64,000 nucleotides of DNA from Chloroflexota bacterium (GCA_005881885.1 VBDX01000128.1:27809-91808); one strand, 5' to 3'; shown: positions 29,103-40,693, numbered from the stretch's first letter. The notes: generated by a model from the sequence alone, not told the origin. Program-made: numbers and translations.

Positions 29103-31202
29103 TTAGCCGCTCGCCGCGGGCTTGATGCGAGTGATGCGGTCTTCGGGGTACGGGATGCGCTCGTGGTACACGCCGAGGAGCAGCTCGCAGAACGCGTCCT
29201 TGGTCTTCTGCACGTCGCGGAAGGTCAGGTCGCATTCGTCGAGCTGTCCGTCCGCGACGCGCTCGTCGATGATCCGCTCGACCATGCTGCGGATCGTCTC
29301 GGGGTTCTTTTCGGACAGCGATCGCACCGAGGCCTCGGTGCCGTCGGCGAGCATGACGATGCCGGCCTCTTTGCTGCGGGGGCGCGGGCCGGGATAGCGG
29401 AAGGAGCGCTCGTCGGGCGCCTGGCCGCGCTGCTGCGCGAGTTGGAAGAAGTACTTCACGACGCTCGTGCCGTGGTGCCCCGGGATCATTTCGCGGATCT
29501 GCGCGGGCAGGTGGTAGCGGTCGGCGAGCGCGAGGCCGTCCTTGATGTGCGCCGCGACGATCCCCGCCGACACGAGCGGGTCGAGCTCGTCGTGCGGATT
29601 CCCACCAGTCTGGTTCTCGATGAACGCGGTGGGGTTCCGCATCTTCCCGATGTCGTGGTAGTAGGCCCCCACTCTGGCAACGAGCGGATCCGCACCGATC
29701 ACCTCCGCGGCGCGCTCGGCGAGGTTCCCGACGAGCAGCGAGTGATGGTAGGTGCCGGGGGTCCGCAGCAGGAGCTGACGCAGCAGCGGATGGTTCGGGT
29801 CGCTCAGCTCGCGAAGCTCGAACACCGTGGGAATACGGAAGACATGCCCGAGGATCGCCATGCCGGCGAAGGCGAGGAGGCCCGAGCCGAGACCGCTCAC
29901 CAGGGCGCCGCCCAGTAGCTGCGCGACGCCGAGGGGGTCCTCCGCGCGGCCGACGAGGACGAAGGCGATGATGACACCCGCGGCCCCCGTCGCGACGGCG
30001 ACGGCGCCCACGGCGAACTCGCGCGCGGTCGTCGCGCGGTGGACCGCGGCCATGCCGAGGAGCGCCGGCACGAGCACGTAGGCGACGAGCTCGACCTGGC
30101 TGGACATGATCCCGACGTGGAGCGCGCCCGCGATCTGTGTCGCGAGCGCGGTCCGCCCGCCGACCAGGACGGTGAGCATCATCGCGATCGCCGCGAACGG
30201 CGCGTAGTAGACGGCCACGGTGTGGGTCGGGACGAGCGTGCGACCCGCCGCGGTGAGCACCAGGAGCGAGACGACGACGAGGATCATCTTGCGATCGTCG
30301 AGCCAGGCCTCGGTCGCGTAGCGCTCGATGAACAGGGCAAGGACGCCCGCGATGAGGGCCGCCCAGAGGAGCAGCCCGATGGCGCCGCGCCAGTCCGCTC
30401 CTTCATTGGCGAGGCCGAGGGCCCGAAGCTTTTCCACCTCGAGCTTGTTGACGACCTCGTCCGTCCTCACGATGGCCTCGCCGGCTGTCACCTGGACCTG
30501 CACCGGCGTCACGGCGTTGCGCGCGTCCTGCTGCGCGAGGTTCGTCGCGAGCTGGTCAACCTTGACGTTGGCGTCGAGGTTCTGCTTGACGATCTCGGTG
30601 CCGGCGCGCTTCTGCCGGTCGGTCCATCCGGAAGGCAGCGCCTTCACGGCGTCGGCCTTGACCGCATCGAGCTGCTCGGCCCGAATGCCTTGCGCGTAGA
30701 ACGACCGGAGCGCGCTGTCCAGCGTGGACGCCACCTGGTCCCACTCCGGTTGCGTCATGTCAACGATGTCCGTGGCGATCGCCGTCGTCAGCGCGACATC
30801 CGGCAAGCGCGTGAGCGCGGTGATCTTCTGGTCGCGCGTCTGCGCGGCCTCGGTGCGGATGCGTCCGATCGCGGCCACGGAGCCTTGCAGCCGCGTGCTC
30901 GCGCTGACGAGGATCGCGGGATCCGTGGTGTACTGCTTCTGCACCGCCCCGGCGACCCTCTCGCGCTCGGCATCCGTGAGGGACTCCGAGACGAACGAGA
31001 CGCTCCGTGGCGCGCGGATCGCGCCCTTCGCCACCTCGCCAACGCTGTACGTCACCGTGGCGGGCGGCGCGAGAAGCAGCGCGATCGCGGTGAGGATGCC
31101 GGCGATGACCACGAACGCGCCTGCGCGGGCGCGTGGGTCGGTGCGCACGGCAGTGCGCAGGCGCGCAAGGCGCGGGTCCCCGGCCCGGATACGACGGATC
31201 AC
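29103..31202 (-). CDS. 7TM-HDIG phosphohydrolase (PgpH-like c-di-AMP phosphodiesterase)
   Basis: Extracytoplasmic 7TMR-HDED region, TM bundle, PGTYHHS, YYHDIGK, HHGT, MLAD; phoH-HD-ybeY synteny; GTGA-coupled start. Confidence 0.9.
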   Translation of the reverse strand: MIRRIRAGDPRLARLRTAVRTDPRARAGAFVVIAGILTAIALLLAPPATVTYSVGEVAKGAIRAPRSVSFVSESLTDAERERVAGAVQKQYTTDPAILVSASTRLQGSVAAIGRIRTEAAQTRDQKITALTRLPDVALTTAIATDIVDMTQPEWDQVASTLDSALRSFYAQGIRAEQLDAVKADAVKALPSGWTDRQKRAGTEIVKQNLDANVKVDQLATNLAQQDARNAVTPVQVQVTAGEAIVRTDEVVNKLEVEKLRALGLANEGADWRGAIGLLLWAALIAGVLALFIERYATEAWLDDRKMILVVVSLLVLTAAGRTLVPTHTVAVYYAPFAAIAMMLTVLVGGRTALATQIAGALHVGIMSSQVELVAYVLVPALLGMAAVHRATTAREFAVGAVAVATGAAGVIIAFVLVGRAEDPLGVAQLLGGALVSGLGSGLLAFAGMAILGHVFRIPTVFELRELSDPNHPLLRQLLLRTPGTYHHSLLVGNLAERAAEVIGADPLVARVGAYYHDIGKMRNPTAFIENQTGGNPHDELDPLVSAGIVAAHIKDGLALADRYHLPAQIREMIPGHHGTSVVKYFFQLAQQRGQAPDERSFRYPGPRPRSKEAGIVMLADGTEASVRSLSEKNPETIRSMVERIIDERVADGQLDECDLTFRDVQKTKDAFCELLLGVYHERIPYPEDRITRIKPAASG

Positions 31203-32170
31203 TTCTGTGCGCCGCCCTTCTCGAAGCGATCGTACGCCCGCACGATGCGGGCGACGAGCTCGTGGCGAACGACATCGCGATCGTCGAAGTCGACCATGGC
31301 GATCCCTTCGACGCCGTCGAGAATCTCGCGGGCGAGGACCATGCCGCTGCGGTCTCCGGCGAGGTCGATCTGCGTGACGTCTCCGGTCACGACGGCCTGC
31401 GAACCGAAGCCAAGCCGAGTGAGGAACATCTTCATCTGCTGCGGCGTGGTGTTCTGCGCCTCGTCCAGGATGATGAACGCCTCGTTCAACGTCCGGCCAC
31501 GCATGTACGCCAGCGGGGCGACCTCGATCTCGCCGCGCTCCTGCGCGCGGGCGAAGCGCTCGGGAGGCATGAGCTCGTAGAGCGCGTCGTACAGCGGCCG
31601 CAGGTAGGGATCGATCTTTTCTTGCAGATCGCCGGGCAGGAAGCCGAGCCGCTCCCCCGCCTCGACCGCGGGGCGCGTCAGGATGAGCCGGCTCACCTTG
31701 CGATCGCGGAGCGCGGCGACGCCCATCGCGACCGCCAGATAGCTCTTCCCGGTGCCGGCTGGTCCTTTCGCGAACACCAGGTCGTACTTGCGGATCGCAT
31801 CGATGTAGCGGCGCTGGTTCTCCGACTGCGGAGCGATCCGCTTTCCGCGCACGGTCGTCGCGACGATGTCGCGCATCTCGGCAGGGGCGACGACCGGCGC
31901 TTCCTTGGCGTCGCCGATCAGTCGCTCGAGCGCGGGCTTGCGCAGCGACTGATCGCGGCCCGAGAGCGTGCGCATCGCGCCGACGAGATCGCCGACGCGC
32001 GCGACCGCCTGCGCGTCGCCGCTGATGCGCAGCTCCGCGCCGCGCGAGACGATCTTCACGCTGAACTCGCGCTCCAAGCGATCGATGTTCGCCTCGTTGT
32101 CCCCGGTGACGAACATCATCTCGTCCGGGTCCGGGATCAGGATCGTGATCTGCGAAGGCGCCGCGGTCAT
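31199..32170 (-). CDS. phoH: PhoH family ATPase
   Basis: [34 protein letters not shown]. Confidence 0.95.
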   Translation of the reverse strand: MTAAPSQITILIPDPDEMMFVTGDNEANIDRLEREFSVKIVSRGAELRISGDAQAVARVGDLVGAMRTLSGRDQSLRKPALERLIGDAKEAPVVAPAEMRDIVATTVRGKRIAPQSENQRRYIDAIRKYDLVFAKGPAGTGKSYLAVAMGVAALRDRKVSRLILTRPAVEAGERLGFLPGDLQEKIDPYLRPLYDALYELMPPERFARAQERGEIEVAPLAYMRGRTLNEAFIILDEAQNTTPQQMKMFLTRLGFGSQAVVTGDVTQIDLAGDRSGMVLAREILDGVEGIAMVDFDDRDVVRHELVARIVRAYDRFEKGGAQK

Positions 32171-32706
32171 GCCGCGCCCTCCTTGAGGAGCGCACCGACC
32201 ACACCGGAGACCACCTTGCCGTCGGCGCGGCCTTTCGTCTCCGCGATCACTTTTGGCATGACGAGCTTCGTGTCCTGCGGACCCTTCGCGCCCGTCTCGG
32301 CGATAACGCGGCGCGCGATCTCGCGGATCTTCGATTCGTCCAACTGCTCAGGCAGGTACGCGTTGATGAACCCCAGCTCTTTCTCCTCTTTCTCCACCAG
32401 ATCGTCGCGTCCGCCTTTGCGGAACGCCTCGATCGAATCGCGCCGCATCTTCGCTTGCTTCGTCAGCACTCCTTCGACCGCGGCGTCATCGAGCTCGCTG
32501 GGCCTGTGCTGCGCGAGCCACGCCTGACGCGCGGCCTCGTCCTTGCCTTCAGCGGTCAGGCGATCGACCGCGGCACCGAGTTGGGCCTTCTCCTCGTTCT
32601 GGATCGCGGCGAGGAGAAAGCGCACCGTGTCGCGTCGGAGGATCTCGCCTGAGCGCATGGCGGTCTTGAGGTCGCCCTCGAGCCTCTGCTTCAGTTGCGC
32701 GCCGAT
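32167..32706 (-). CDS. yqeY: GatB/YqeY domain protein; probable ATC start
   Basis: [16 protein letters not shown]-terminus lies upstream of ATG 32658; [26 protein letters not shown]; AGGAG 9 nt before the ATC. Confidence 0.88.
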   Translation of the reverse strand: MGAQLKQRLEGDLKTAMRSGEILRRDTVRFLLAAIQNEEKAQLGAAVDRLTAEGKDEAARQAWLAQHRPSELDDAAVEGVLTKQAKMRRDSIEAFRKGGRDDLVEKEEKELGFINAYLPEQLDESKIREIARRVIAETGAKGPQDTKLVMPKVIAETKGRADGKVVSGVVGALLKEGAA

Positions 32707-32738
32707 CGGGTCTTGCTCCTAGCGCCTACGGCCGCTTG

Positions 32739-32906
32739 TCACCGTTTGCGACGTTTCGCCTCTTTGCGCTTGCGGCGCGCGGCGGGGCGCTCGTAGAACT
32801 CGCGGCGGCGGGCTTCCGCGAGGATCCCGGCCTGCTGGATCTTCTTGTTGAAACGGCGAAGCGCGGCCTCAAACGACTCGCCATCACCGACGATCACTTC
32901 CGACAA
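32739..32906 (-). CDS. rpsU: 30S ribosomal protein S21
   Basis: [30 protein letters not shown]; TTG start with SD. Confidence 0.95.
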   Translation of the reverse strand: MSEVIVGDGESFEAALRRFNKKIQQAGILAEARRREFYERPAARRKRKEAKRRKR

Positions 32907-33007
32907 TGGTTGCTGGTCACCCCGCCTTCTTTTCAAAGGAAACCGGCCTCCCGAGGCCGGACTGTGCGAATGATAGTCGCCCACCAGGCCGGTCAATACG
33001 CGCATCT

Positions 33008-33361
33008 TTACCTATCCCAAGGCGACCAGGGAGCACCCAGTGGGCGGCCGGCCAGAACGTGGAAGTGCAGGTGCTCCACGGCCTGCCCGCCCTCCCGTCC
33101 GGTGTTCGAGACGACGCGGAAGCCGCGCGCGGCGTAGCCCGCATCCTTTGCGATCTTCGTTGCCACCTCTACCAGGTGCCCGATGAGCGCAGGGTCGTCG
33201 GCGTCGGCGAGCGAGGCGATGTGGCGCCGCGGAATCACCAGTACGTGGAGGGGCGCCTTTGGCTGGAGGTCCTTGAACGCCATGGTCTGCTCGTCCTCGG
33301 CGACCATCGTTGCCGGGGCCTCGCCCCGAGCGATCTTGCAGAAGACGCAGTTATCCGTCAC
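33008..33361 (-). CDS. Histidine triad (HIT) protein
   Basis: [24 protein letters not shown]. Confidence 0.93.
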   Translation of the reverse strand: MTDNCVFCKIARGEAPATMVAEDEQTMAFKDLQPKAPLHVLVIPRRHIASLADADDPALIGHLVEVATKIAKDAGYAARGFRVVSNTGREGGQAVEHLHFHVLAGRPLGAPWSPWDR

Positions 33362-33786
33362 CGCCGCTCCTCCCTGATGTACGTGAGGCTGTGGTGCGCG
33401 ACGAGCTCGCCGGACCCATCGAACGTGCGTGCCTCGCCGAAAGCGATGCGCCTACCCGCACGGAGGACCACCGCATCGCAGACGAGATCGCCGCGCGCGC
33501 CGCGGAGAAAGCTGGTGGACATGTGAATGGTGAGCGCGAGCGGCTCCTCGCCGACGACGGTCATGAGCGCGATCCAAAAGGCGACATCCGCGGCGCCCAT
33601 GGCACAGGCACCCTGAAGCGTGCCTCCGGGACGCACGAACTCTTCCTTAAAGGGAAGTCGGACGCGCGCGCTCCCGGGCGCGAGCGAGTCGACGCGGTAC
33701 CCCCACGCGCGGGCGAACGGGGTCTCGACCAGGAGCTGTTGCGCCCGCTCGGCGTTGATGCGTAGCTCGGCCGCGGCTACTCCCAT
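33358..33786 (-). CDS. PaaI family thioesterase
   Basis: Hotdog fold: GGTLQGA..MGAAD, TSFLR, GRRIAFGE. Confidence 0.85.
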   Translation of the reverse strand: MGVAAAELRINAERAQQLLVETPFARAWGYRVDSLAPGSARVRLPFKEEFVRPGGTLQGACAMGAADVAFWIALMTVVGEEPLALTIHMSTSFLRGARGDLVCDAVVLRAGRRIAFGEARTFDGSGELVAHHSLTYIREERR

Positions 33787-34869
33787 GTGCGCAGGTCCCG
33801 CATCTTGGGCGCACCGTCGGCGAGCGCATCGGCTCGCTCGACATCCGGCCGAACCTTGATCACGTCCTGGACGTTCTGGGCGAGCCGCGTCGCATCAAGC
33901 TCGCCGGCCGCGACGACGCGGAGCGTGAGCAGGTCGCGCGCGCCATCACGCGTGACGACCATCTGCCAGCGGCTCACCTCAGGGAACCGTGCGATGACTT
34001 CGTCGACCTGGCGCGGATGGACGAACATGCCACGTACCTTCACCGCGTCGCCGACGCGGCCGACGATGCGCACGATCCGCTCCCCGGTGCGCCCGCAGGG
34101 GCAGGGCTCCTCGGTGAGCAGCGCGAGGTCCCCGGTGCCGAAGCGAATGATCGGGTAGGTCCGCTCGTTCACGGTGGCGACGACCTCGCCGACGGCGCCG
34201 CTCGGGAGCGCCTCGCCAGTCCGCGGGTCGACGATCTCCACGACCGCGTCAGTGGGGACATGCATCCCCTCGCGTTCGAGGCATTCGTAGCCGAGGGCGC
34301 CGAGATCGGCTGTGCCGTAGCCCTGGCATACCGTCGGACCGAGGTCCTGGAGCTCACGTCGCAGCGAGGGCGGAAGCATCTCGCCCGCGACGAACGCCCG
34401 GCGGAGCGTCAAGTCCCGCGCGCCGAGCTCGGCCGCCTTCTCGTAGAGGATGCGCAGCGCGCTCGGCGTGCCCACGTAGCCGGTGGCCGCGAGCCCCCGC
34501 AGCATCTGGACCTGCAGCTCCGTATTGCCTGTACCTGCGGGGATCACTGTGCAGCCAAGTTCGCGGAGGGCGCCGTCGAACATCCAGCCCAGCGGCGTGC
34601 CGTGGTAGCTCACCGCGCAGTGGACGACCATGCCCGCTTCGAAACCGGCCGCGCGCAGCGGCCCCGCCCACCGCCAGTAGTCGGGCGCGAGCCCCTGCGG
34701 ATCAAACAGCGGCCCAGGCGAGAGGAACGCGCGAGCGACGTCGGCCGGGGGCACGCCGAATGGCCGGCGCGTGGTCGTACGCATGTGCGACGAGCGCGCG
34801 TAGCCACCGCTCGCGGTATTCGCCGCGCTCTGTGGCGGTGAGGCGCTCCGGCTCGGTCAGGAGAGCCAT
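33777..34869 (-). pseudogene. Phenylacetate-CoA-ligase-like protein split by a frameshift/deletion
   Basis: N-terminus MALLTEPERL...LVAHAYDHAPAIRR (ATG 34869) is out of frame with the main body PFGVPP..FLSPGP...YGTADLG...RFGTGDL...KVRGMFV. Confidence 0.75.
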
Positions 34870-35648
34870 CGCTTCCTGCGTTTGTAGTGCTTCACCTCAC
34901 GGTACGAGCGCTTCTCGCCGACGGCGGTGAGCCCGAGGTAGAACTCCTTCACGTCCTCATTCGCGCGCAGGGTCTCCGCGGGACCTTCCAGGACCACGCG
35001 ACCTCCCTCCATCAGAAAGCCGTGGTGCGCGATGCCCAGCGCGGCGCGCGCGTTCTGCTCGACCAGCAGGATGGTGGTGCCGCGCTCCTGGTTGATCCGC
35101 CGGATGATGCGGAAGATCTCCTCAACGAGCATCGGCGAGAGCCCGAGCGAGGGCTCGTCGAGGAGCATGAGCCGCGGGCGGGCCATGAGCGCGCGGCCGA
35201 TAGCGAGCATCTGCTGCTCGCCACCGGAGAGGTAGCCGGCGGTCCCGCTTCGCCGCTCTCCGAGCGGCGGGAAGTAGCCGTAGACGGCGGCGAGATCGCC
35301 ATTGATGCCGCCGTCGCGCCGCGTGTGCGCGCCGGCGAGGAGGTTCTCCTCCACGGTGAGGTGCTCGAAGACGCGTCGGCCCTCGAGCACGTGGAAGACC
35401 CCGCGTCGGACAATCTCCGAAGGGTCGAGCCGGTCGAGCCGCACGCCGTCCAGCTCGACCGACCCTTCGGTGACCTCGCCTTCCTCGGTCCGCAGTAGTC
35501 CAGATATCGCCTTGAGCGTCGTGCTTTTGCCAGCCCCATTCGCGCCGAGCAGCGCGACGATCCGCCCATCCGGGACCTCGAGCGAGAGTCCCTTCAGGAC
35601 GAGGATCACCTTGTCGTACATGACCTCGACGTTGTTGAGGGCCAGCAT
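34857..35648 (-). CDS. Branched-chain amino acid-type ABC ATPase (LivF-like)
   Basis: GANGAGKST, LSGGEQQML, LDEPSLGL, EQNA. Confidence 0.92.
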   Translation of the reverse strand: MLALNNVEVMYDKVILVLKGLSLEVPDGRIVALLGANGAGKSTTLKAISGLLRTEEGEVTEGSVELDGVRLDRLDPSEIVRRGVFHVLEGRRVFEHLTVEENLLAGAHTRRDGGINGDLAAVYGYFPPLGERRSGTAGYLSGGEQQMLAIGRALMARPRLMLLDEPSLGLSPMLVEEIFRIIRRINQERGTTILLVEQNARAALGIAHHGFLMEGGRVVLEGPAETLRANEDVKEFYLGLTAVGEKRSYREVKHYKRRKRWLS

Positions 35649-35651
35649 TGG

Positions 35652-36842
35652 CTATCGCGCGGTGGCAGCGGTGAGGTCCACCAGGCGGACCCACTTGCCG
35701 CCCTGCGCCTTGTAGATACGGGACGCGAGCGCGCCGCGGTGGCTCTTGTCGCTGAACGTGATCTTGTCGGTGATGCCTCCGGTGTCGTAGTCCTTGATCG
35801 ACTCGAGCGCGGCCTTGAGCTTCTCACCGCTGATGTCGCCCTGGACGCGCCGGAGACCTTCGGACATGACCTTCATCGTGAGCCAGCCCTGCACATAGTT
35901 CACCGGCTGTTTGCGCCAGTCCTTCTTCTGCTTGTCGTTCCAGTCCTTGATCTCCTTGAGTCCCGAGGCTTCCTCGGAGAGCCCGACGAATGGGACCACC
36001 GCGAGCATCCCTTCCGCCGCAGTTCCGGCGAGCTCGAGGGTCTTCTCGCCGAAGCCCCAGTTCAGCGTCGCGAGCGCGGTCTTGTCGAGGCCGGCCGTCT
36101 TCGCGCTCTTGGCCTCCACCGCGACGGGCGCGGAGGTGTTCTGCATGAGGATGAAGTCGGGGGCGGCCGACTTCACCGCGAGCAGTTGCGGCGACATGTC
36201 GAGCGCGTTAGAGGCGACGACGATGTCGGGCGTGTTGACGATTCCGTTTTCCTGCATGAACTTCTTGGCGTCCTCGACGGGCGACTTCCCGAACGCGTTG
36301 TCGCCGTAGCTGAGCGACACCTTCGCGGGGCTCGAGCCCTTCCAGTTGTCCTTGATGTACTTGAGCATCACCCTGGCCTGGTCCGAATAGGTCTGGCCGA
36401 TCATGAAGTTGTACGGCGTCTTGGTGACGTCGGCGACAAGATCGGCGGAATAGGACGCCGACATGAAGGGCAGCTTGTCCTTTGTGATCTTCGGCGTCAT
36501 CGCGATGGTGTCGCCGGTTCCCCAGCCCATGATCGAGACGACCTGTTCCTGCGTCACGAGGCGGTTGTAGAGCTCCTCGGCCCGCGGGATCTGATACGCG
36601 TAGTCGTCGCTCACCAGCTGGATCTGCCGACCGTTCACGCCGCCCTTGTCGTTGATGAATGCGACGAAGTCCTTCACCCCCTCGGAATACGGCACGCCGA
36701 CGTCCGACGTGGCGCCGGTGAGGTCGAAGATCCCGCCGATCTTGATCGGCTCTTTCGACGTCGCCGGTCCGCCGCCCGTGGTGCCACCGCACGCTGCGAT
36801 GGTGAGCGCAAGGACCGCGAGGATGGGAATGGCGCGTCTCAT
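35652..36842 (-). CDS. ABC transporter substrate-binding lipoprotein (LivK-like)
   Basis: Lipobox IAAC, IKIG..DLTG, GGVNGR.I.L...D. Confidence 0.9.
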   Translation of the reverse strand: MRRAIPILAVLALTIAACGGTTGGGPATSKEPIKIGGIFDLTGATSDVGVPYSEGVKDFVAFINDKGGVNGRQIQLVSDDYAYQIPRAEELYNRLVTQEQVVSIMGWGTGDTIAMTPKITKDKLPFMSASYSADLVADVTKTPYNFMIGQTYSDQARVMLKYIKDNWKGSSPAKVSLSYGDNAFGKSPVEDAKKFMQENGIVNTPDIVVASNALDMSPQLLAVKSAAPDFILMQNTSAPVAVEAKSAKTAGLDKTALATLNWGFGEKTLELAGTAAEGMLAVVPFVGLSEEASGLKEIKDWNDKQKKDWRKQPVNYVQGWLTMKVMSEGLRRVQGDISGEKLKAALESIKDYDTGGITDKITFSDKSHRGALASRIYKAQGGKWVRLVDLTAATAR

Positions 36843-36857
36843 GTCGCGAACCCCCTT

Positions 36858-37916
36858 TCAGTATTTGAACGGCCAGAGCCGGAAGTAGTCCTTGATGTCC
36901 CGCCAGACCTTTGCGATCCCTCGGGGCTCGAGGATGAGGAAACCGATGATCGCGACGCCGAATGCCGCCTCCTTAAGCACGTTGACGTTGAGCGCGATAC
37001 CGGGAACGCTTCGAGCGACCGTGGCGAGGGCGATGGGCAGGAGCCGGATGAACGCGGCCCCGTACAACGAGCCGCTCACGGTGCCCAGACCGCCGATGAT
37101 GACCATGCCGAGGTACTCGATCGAGACTGCCAGGTTGAAGTTCTCGGGACTCACGATGAGGTCATGGTGCGCCTGGAGCGCGCCGGCCGCACCGACGATG
37201 AACGAGCTCACCATGAAGGCGGTGATCTTGTAACGAAACACGTCGACGCCCACGACGGACGCCGCGACGTCCTGGTCGCGGATGGCAATGAAGGCTCTGC
37301 CGGCGCGGCTGCGGAAGAGATTCGCGCAGCCGAGCACGGCGAGCGCCACCGCGGCGAGCGTGAGGAAGTAGTAGGCCCGCTCGGTATCGAACACGAGCGG
37401 CCCGAGGGCCGGCGCGGGGATCCCGAAGATCCCCTGGCTGCCGCCGGTCACGGGAACGAGATGGATCATGAACCACTCGATCACCACCTGGGCGGCGAGC
37501 GTCGCGATGACTAGGTAGAGGCCCTTGAGGCGCAGCGACGGAATGCCGAAGATGCCGCCGACCGCCGCGGTCACGAGCCCGGCGGCCGGGAGCGCTACCC
37601 AGAACGGGACGCCGATCCTCGTCGTCAGGTACGCGCTCGTGTAGGCGCCGACGCCGAGGAACGCGCCCTGCGCCACCGAGATCTGGCCGGTGAAGCCGAC
37701 GAGGACGTTCAGTCCGAGCGCGCCGACAGCGGCGATCCCGACCTGGTTCGCGATCGACAGCTCGTACCTTCCGGCGAGAGCGCCGAAGGCGAGCGCCGCG
37801 AATATGACGATCGCGATGCGGGCGCGTGCGAGCGGCGTCGGCCGCAGCGCCATGTCAGCGGCATATGTCGTGTGGAAGGTGCCGCACTCGCGCCGCCAGG
37901 CGATGGCGCTAGACAC
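36858..37916 (-). CDS. ABC permease (LivM-like)
   Basis: GLN.LVGFTGQIS, LRLKGLYL.IATLA, GRAFIAIRD. Confidence 0.9.
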   Translation of the reverse strand: MSSAIAWRRECGTFHTTYAADMALRPTPLARARIAIVIFAALAFGALAGRYELSIANQVGIAAVGALGLNVLVGFTGQISVAQGAFLGVGAYTSAYLTTRIGVPFWVALPAAGLVTAAVGGIFGIPSLRLKGLYLVIATLAAQVVIEWFMIHLVPVTGGSQGIFGIPAPALGPLVFDTERAYYFLTLAAVALAVLGCANLFRSRAGRAFIAIRDQDVAASVVGVDVFRYKITAFMVSSFIVGAAGALQAHHDLIVSPENFNLAVSIEYLGMVIIGGLGTVSGSLYGAAFIRLLPIALATVARSVPGIALNVNVLKEAAFGVAIIGFLILEPRGIAKVWRDIKDYFRLWPFKY

Positions 37917-38805
37917 GTTCGATCCGTTCCTTGCCGAAGAGGCCGTACGGCTTCACGAGCAGGATCAGGACGAGGAATACGAACGGCGCGACGTCGCGCA
38001 CCCCGCCCCCTAGCGGAACGTCGAGGTAGCCGGCGGAGAGCGTTTCGAGCACGCCGACGATGACCCCGCCGACCGCCGCGCCGATGATCGAATCGAGGCC
38101 GCCGACGATGGCCACGGGCAGCGCCTTGAGGCCTAACGTCGCGAGCAGGATGCCGGTCCCCTGGATCGACGCGAGAAGGATCCCGCCGATCGAGGAGACG
38201 ATCGCCGCGATGACCCAGGAGGTCGCGAACACGAACCGCACGTTGATGCCCATCGACAGAGCCGCCTGCTGGTCGTCGGCGACGGCGCGCATGGCGATGC
38301 CGACTCGCGTGTAGCGGAAGGCCAGCGCGAAGAGGGCGACGAGCGCCATCGCGATCCCGAAGGACCAGAGGAACTCCAGCGAGACGGAGAGCGGTCCGAT
38401 CTGGGCCGACTCCTTCGGAAGCACGTCCGGATACACGCGGTACTCGGTGCCCCAGATTCCGATCACGATCGAGCGAAGCAGGATCGCGAGCCCGATGGTC
38501 ACCATGATCACCGAGATGGCCGGCTCTCCGATGAGCGGACGCAGCGCCACGCGCTCGATCGTGATACCCAGCACGATGGAAAAGGCGAGGGTGATCAGAA
38601 ACGCGACCGGCACGGGCAGGCCGATCTGGGCGATGAGCCCGTACGAGACGTACGCGCCGAGGAGAAGCATCTCCCCCTGTGCCAGGTTGAGCACATCGGT
38701 CGCCTTGTATATGAGGACGAAGCCGAGTGCGATGAGCGCGTAGACGCCGCCGATGGCGACGCCGCCGATGAGGAGCTGCAGAACGAGGGTGAGGTCAGGC
38801 GACAC
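37909..38805 (-). CDS. ABC permease (LivH-like)
   Basis: YALIALGFVLIY..T.VLNLAQG, GIAMRA, KPYGLFG. Confidence 0.9.
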   Translation of the reverse strand: MSPDLTLVLQLLIGGVAIGGVYALIALGFVLIYKATDVLNLAQGEMLLLGAYVSYGLIAQIGLPVPVAFLITLAFSIVLGITIERVALRPLIGEPAISVIMVTIGLAILLRSIVIGIWGTEYRVYPDVLPKESAQIGPLSVSLEFLWSFGIAMALVALFALAFRYTRVGIAMRAVADDQQAALSMGINVRFVFATSWVIAAIVSSIGGILLASIQGTGILLATLGLKALPVAIVGGLDSIIGAAVGGVIVGVLETLSAGYLDVPLGGGVRDVAPFVFLVLILLVKPYGLFGKERIERV

Positions 38806-40693
38806 GCTCGCCTCCCATGGTGTGGACGCGGAGGGGCACACGCATGACCGTCGCCTTCCCTGTCTGGTACCGCACCTCGGTCTCGACGAGGATCTCCGCG
38901 CGCTCGCCGTAGAGGCCCGCGATGAGATCCGCGTAACGCTCCTCGACGAATCGGCGCCTCACCTTGCGCGTGCGGGTGAGCTCCTCGTCGTCCGGATCGA
39001 GCTCCTTGTGCAGGAGGACGAACCGGACGATCTTGGCCGCGCGCGGGAGCTCGCGGTTGACACGGTCGACGTGGTGGGAGACGAGCTCGTACACCTGGGC
39101 CTTCTGGGCGAGATCGGTGTACGTCGTGTAGGTGATCTGCCGTGTCTCCGCCCACTTGCCGACGTTCGCCATGTCGATGTTCACGAGCGCGCCGACGAAG
39201 GGGCGGTTCTGCCCCACCACCACAGCTTCCTTCACGTACGGTGAGAACTTCAGCTTGTTCTCGATGTACTGCGGCGAGAACTTCGATCCGTCCGCGAGCG
39301 TCATGACGTCGGCCATGCGGTCGATGACAACGAGGTGGCCGTCCTCATCGATGAGCCCCGAGTCGCCCGAGTGCAGCCAGCCGTCGCGCAGCGACTTGGC
39401 CGTCGCCTGGGGGTTCTTGTAGTAGCCCTGGAACACGCTCGGGCTGCGCGAGACGATCTCCCCAGAGTCGGAGATGCGGACATCGGTCTCGGGTATGGGT
39501 TTCCCGACGGTCTCGAACTTCACGTCACCGTCGCGGTGGAGCACGGAGATCCCGGCGATCTCGGTCTGACCGTAGATCTGTTTCAGGTTCACGCCGAGCG
39601 CGTGAAAGAAGCGGAAGGCATCCGGCCCGAGCGCCGCACCGCCGGTGTACGCGCGACGCAGGCGTGAGAGGCCGAGCGAGTCCTTGAGTGGCGCGAGGAC
39701 GAGCACGTCGGCGGCGGCCTCGCGAACTCGTCCGAGCGCTCCGGGACGCGCCCGGGCGAATGCGCGCGCGGCCCGCTCGTAACCGATCTTGAGGGCGAGA
39801 TCGTAGAAGCGTCGCTTGATCCAAGGGCTGTCCTCGATCTTGACCTGCACCGTCGAGAGGAGGTTTTCCCAGATGCGCGGCGGAGCGAACATGACGTGCG
39901 GCCCGATCTCACGGATGTTCTGCTGCACGGTGTCCGGCTCCTCCGGAAAGTTCACCGTGAATCCGACCGTGAGCGCCGCGGCGACGGACATCATCTGCTC
40001 GCCGATCCACGCGAGCGGTAGGAACGACACGAATTCGTCCCGCTCTCCCACCGGGTCGACGGACATCAGATTCCCGGCCATGCGGGTCATGTTCTCGTGC
40101 GTGAGCATCGCGCCCTTCGGCTCTCCGGTCGTCCCCGACGTGTAGCAGATGAGCGCGAGTTCGCCGGCCTGCCCGCGCGCGAGCTCTTCGGCGAAGCGCT
40201 CGGTCGGGACACCATCGCCGAGTCGCTGCACCTCGGTGAAGGGCAGCAGCGTGTATCGCGCGTACGAGCGCAGGCCGCGCGGGTCGTAGAACACGATCTT
40301 CTTGACGCGGGGGATGCGCGCCCCCGCCTCGAGGAGCTTGTCGACCTGCTCTTGGTCTTCCACGACGACGATCCGCGCGTCGGAGTGGTCGATGACGAAG
40401 GCGAGCTCTGAAGCGACAGCGTCCTGGTAAAGCCCGACGGAGGCGCCGCCGAGCGCCTGTGCCGCGAGCTCGGCGACCACCCATTCGGGCCGGTTATCAC
40501 CGACGATGGCGAGTTTGTCGCCGCGCTCGAAGCCGAGCTGGATCAAGCCGAGCGCGAACCGCCGGACGTTCTCGAGGTAGGCCGCCCAGGTGGTCTCGCG
40601 CCATATGCCGAGCTCCTTCTCGCGCAGCGCGACGCGCCCATCGCCCCAGCGCTCGGCGTTGCGCAGGAGGAGCTGGGGCAGCGTGTCGGTCAC
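38795..40693 (-). CDS. Long-chain acyl-CoA synthetase (AMP-binding)
   Basis: YTSGTTGEPKG, YGQTE, GWLHSGD, ELTRTRKVRR. Confidence 0.92.
   Translation of the reverse strand: MTDTLPQLLLRNAERWGDGRVALREKELGIWRETTWAAYLENVRRFALGLIQLGFERGDKLAIVGDNRPEWVVAELAAQALGGASVGLYQDAVASELAFVIDHSDARIVVVEDQEQVDKLLEAGARIPRVKKIVFYDPRGLRSYARYTLLPFTEVQRLGDGVPTERFAEELARGQAGELALICYTSGTTGEPKGAMLTHENMTRMAGNLMSVDPVGERDEFVSFLPLAWIGEQMMSVAAALTVGFTVNFPEEPDTVQQNIREIGPHVMFAPPRIWENLLSTVQVKIEDSPWIKRRFYDLALKIGYERAARAFARARPGALGRVREAAADVLVLAPLKDSLGLSRLRRAYTGGAALGPDAFRFFHALGVNLKQIYGQTEIAGISVLHRDGDVKFETVGKPIPETDVRISDSGEIVSRSPSVFQGYYKNPQATAKSLRDGWLHSGDSGLIDEDGHLVVIDRMADVMTLADGSKFSPQYIENKLKFSPYVKEAVVVGQNRPFVGALVNIDMANVGKWAETRQITYTTYTDLAQKAQVYELVSHHVDRVNRELPRAAKIVRFVLLHKELDPDDEELTRTRKVRRRFVEERYADLIAGLYGERAEILVETEVRYQTGKATVMRVPLRVHTMGGERVA

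Noticed and set aside
26914-32204. 773-aa and 1033-aa ORFs that look like large fusions
   Set aside because: The N-terminal extensions overlap ybeY and phoH in other frames; better starts are at 28590 and 31202
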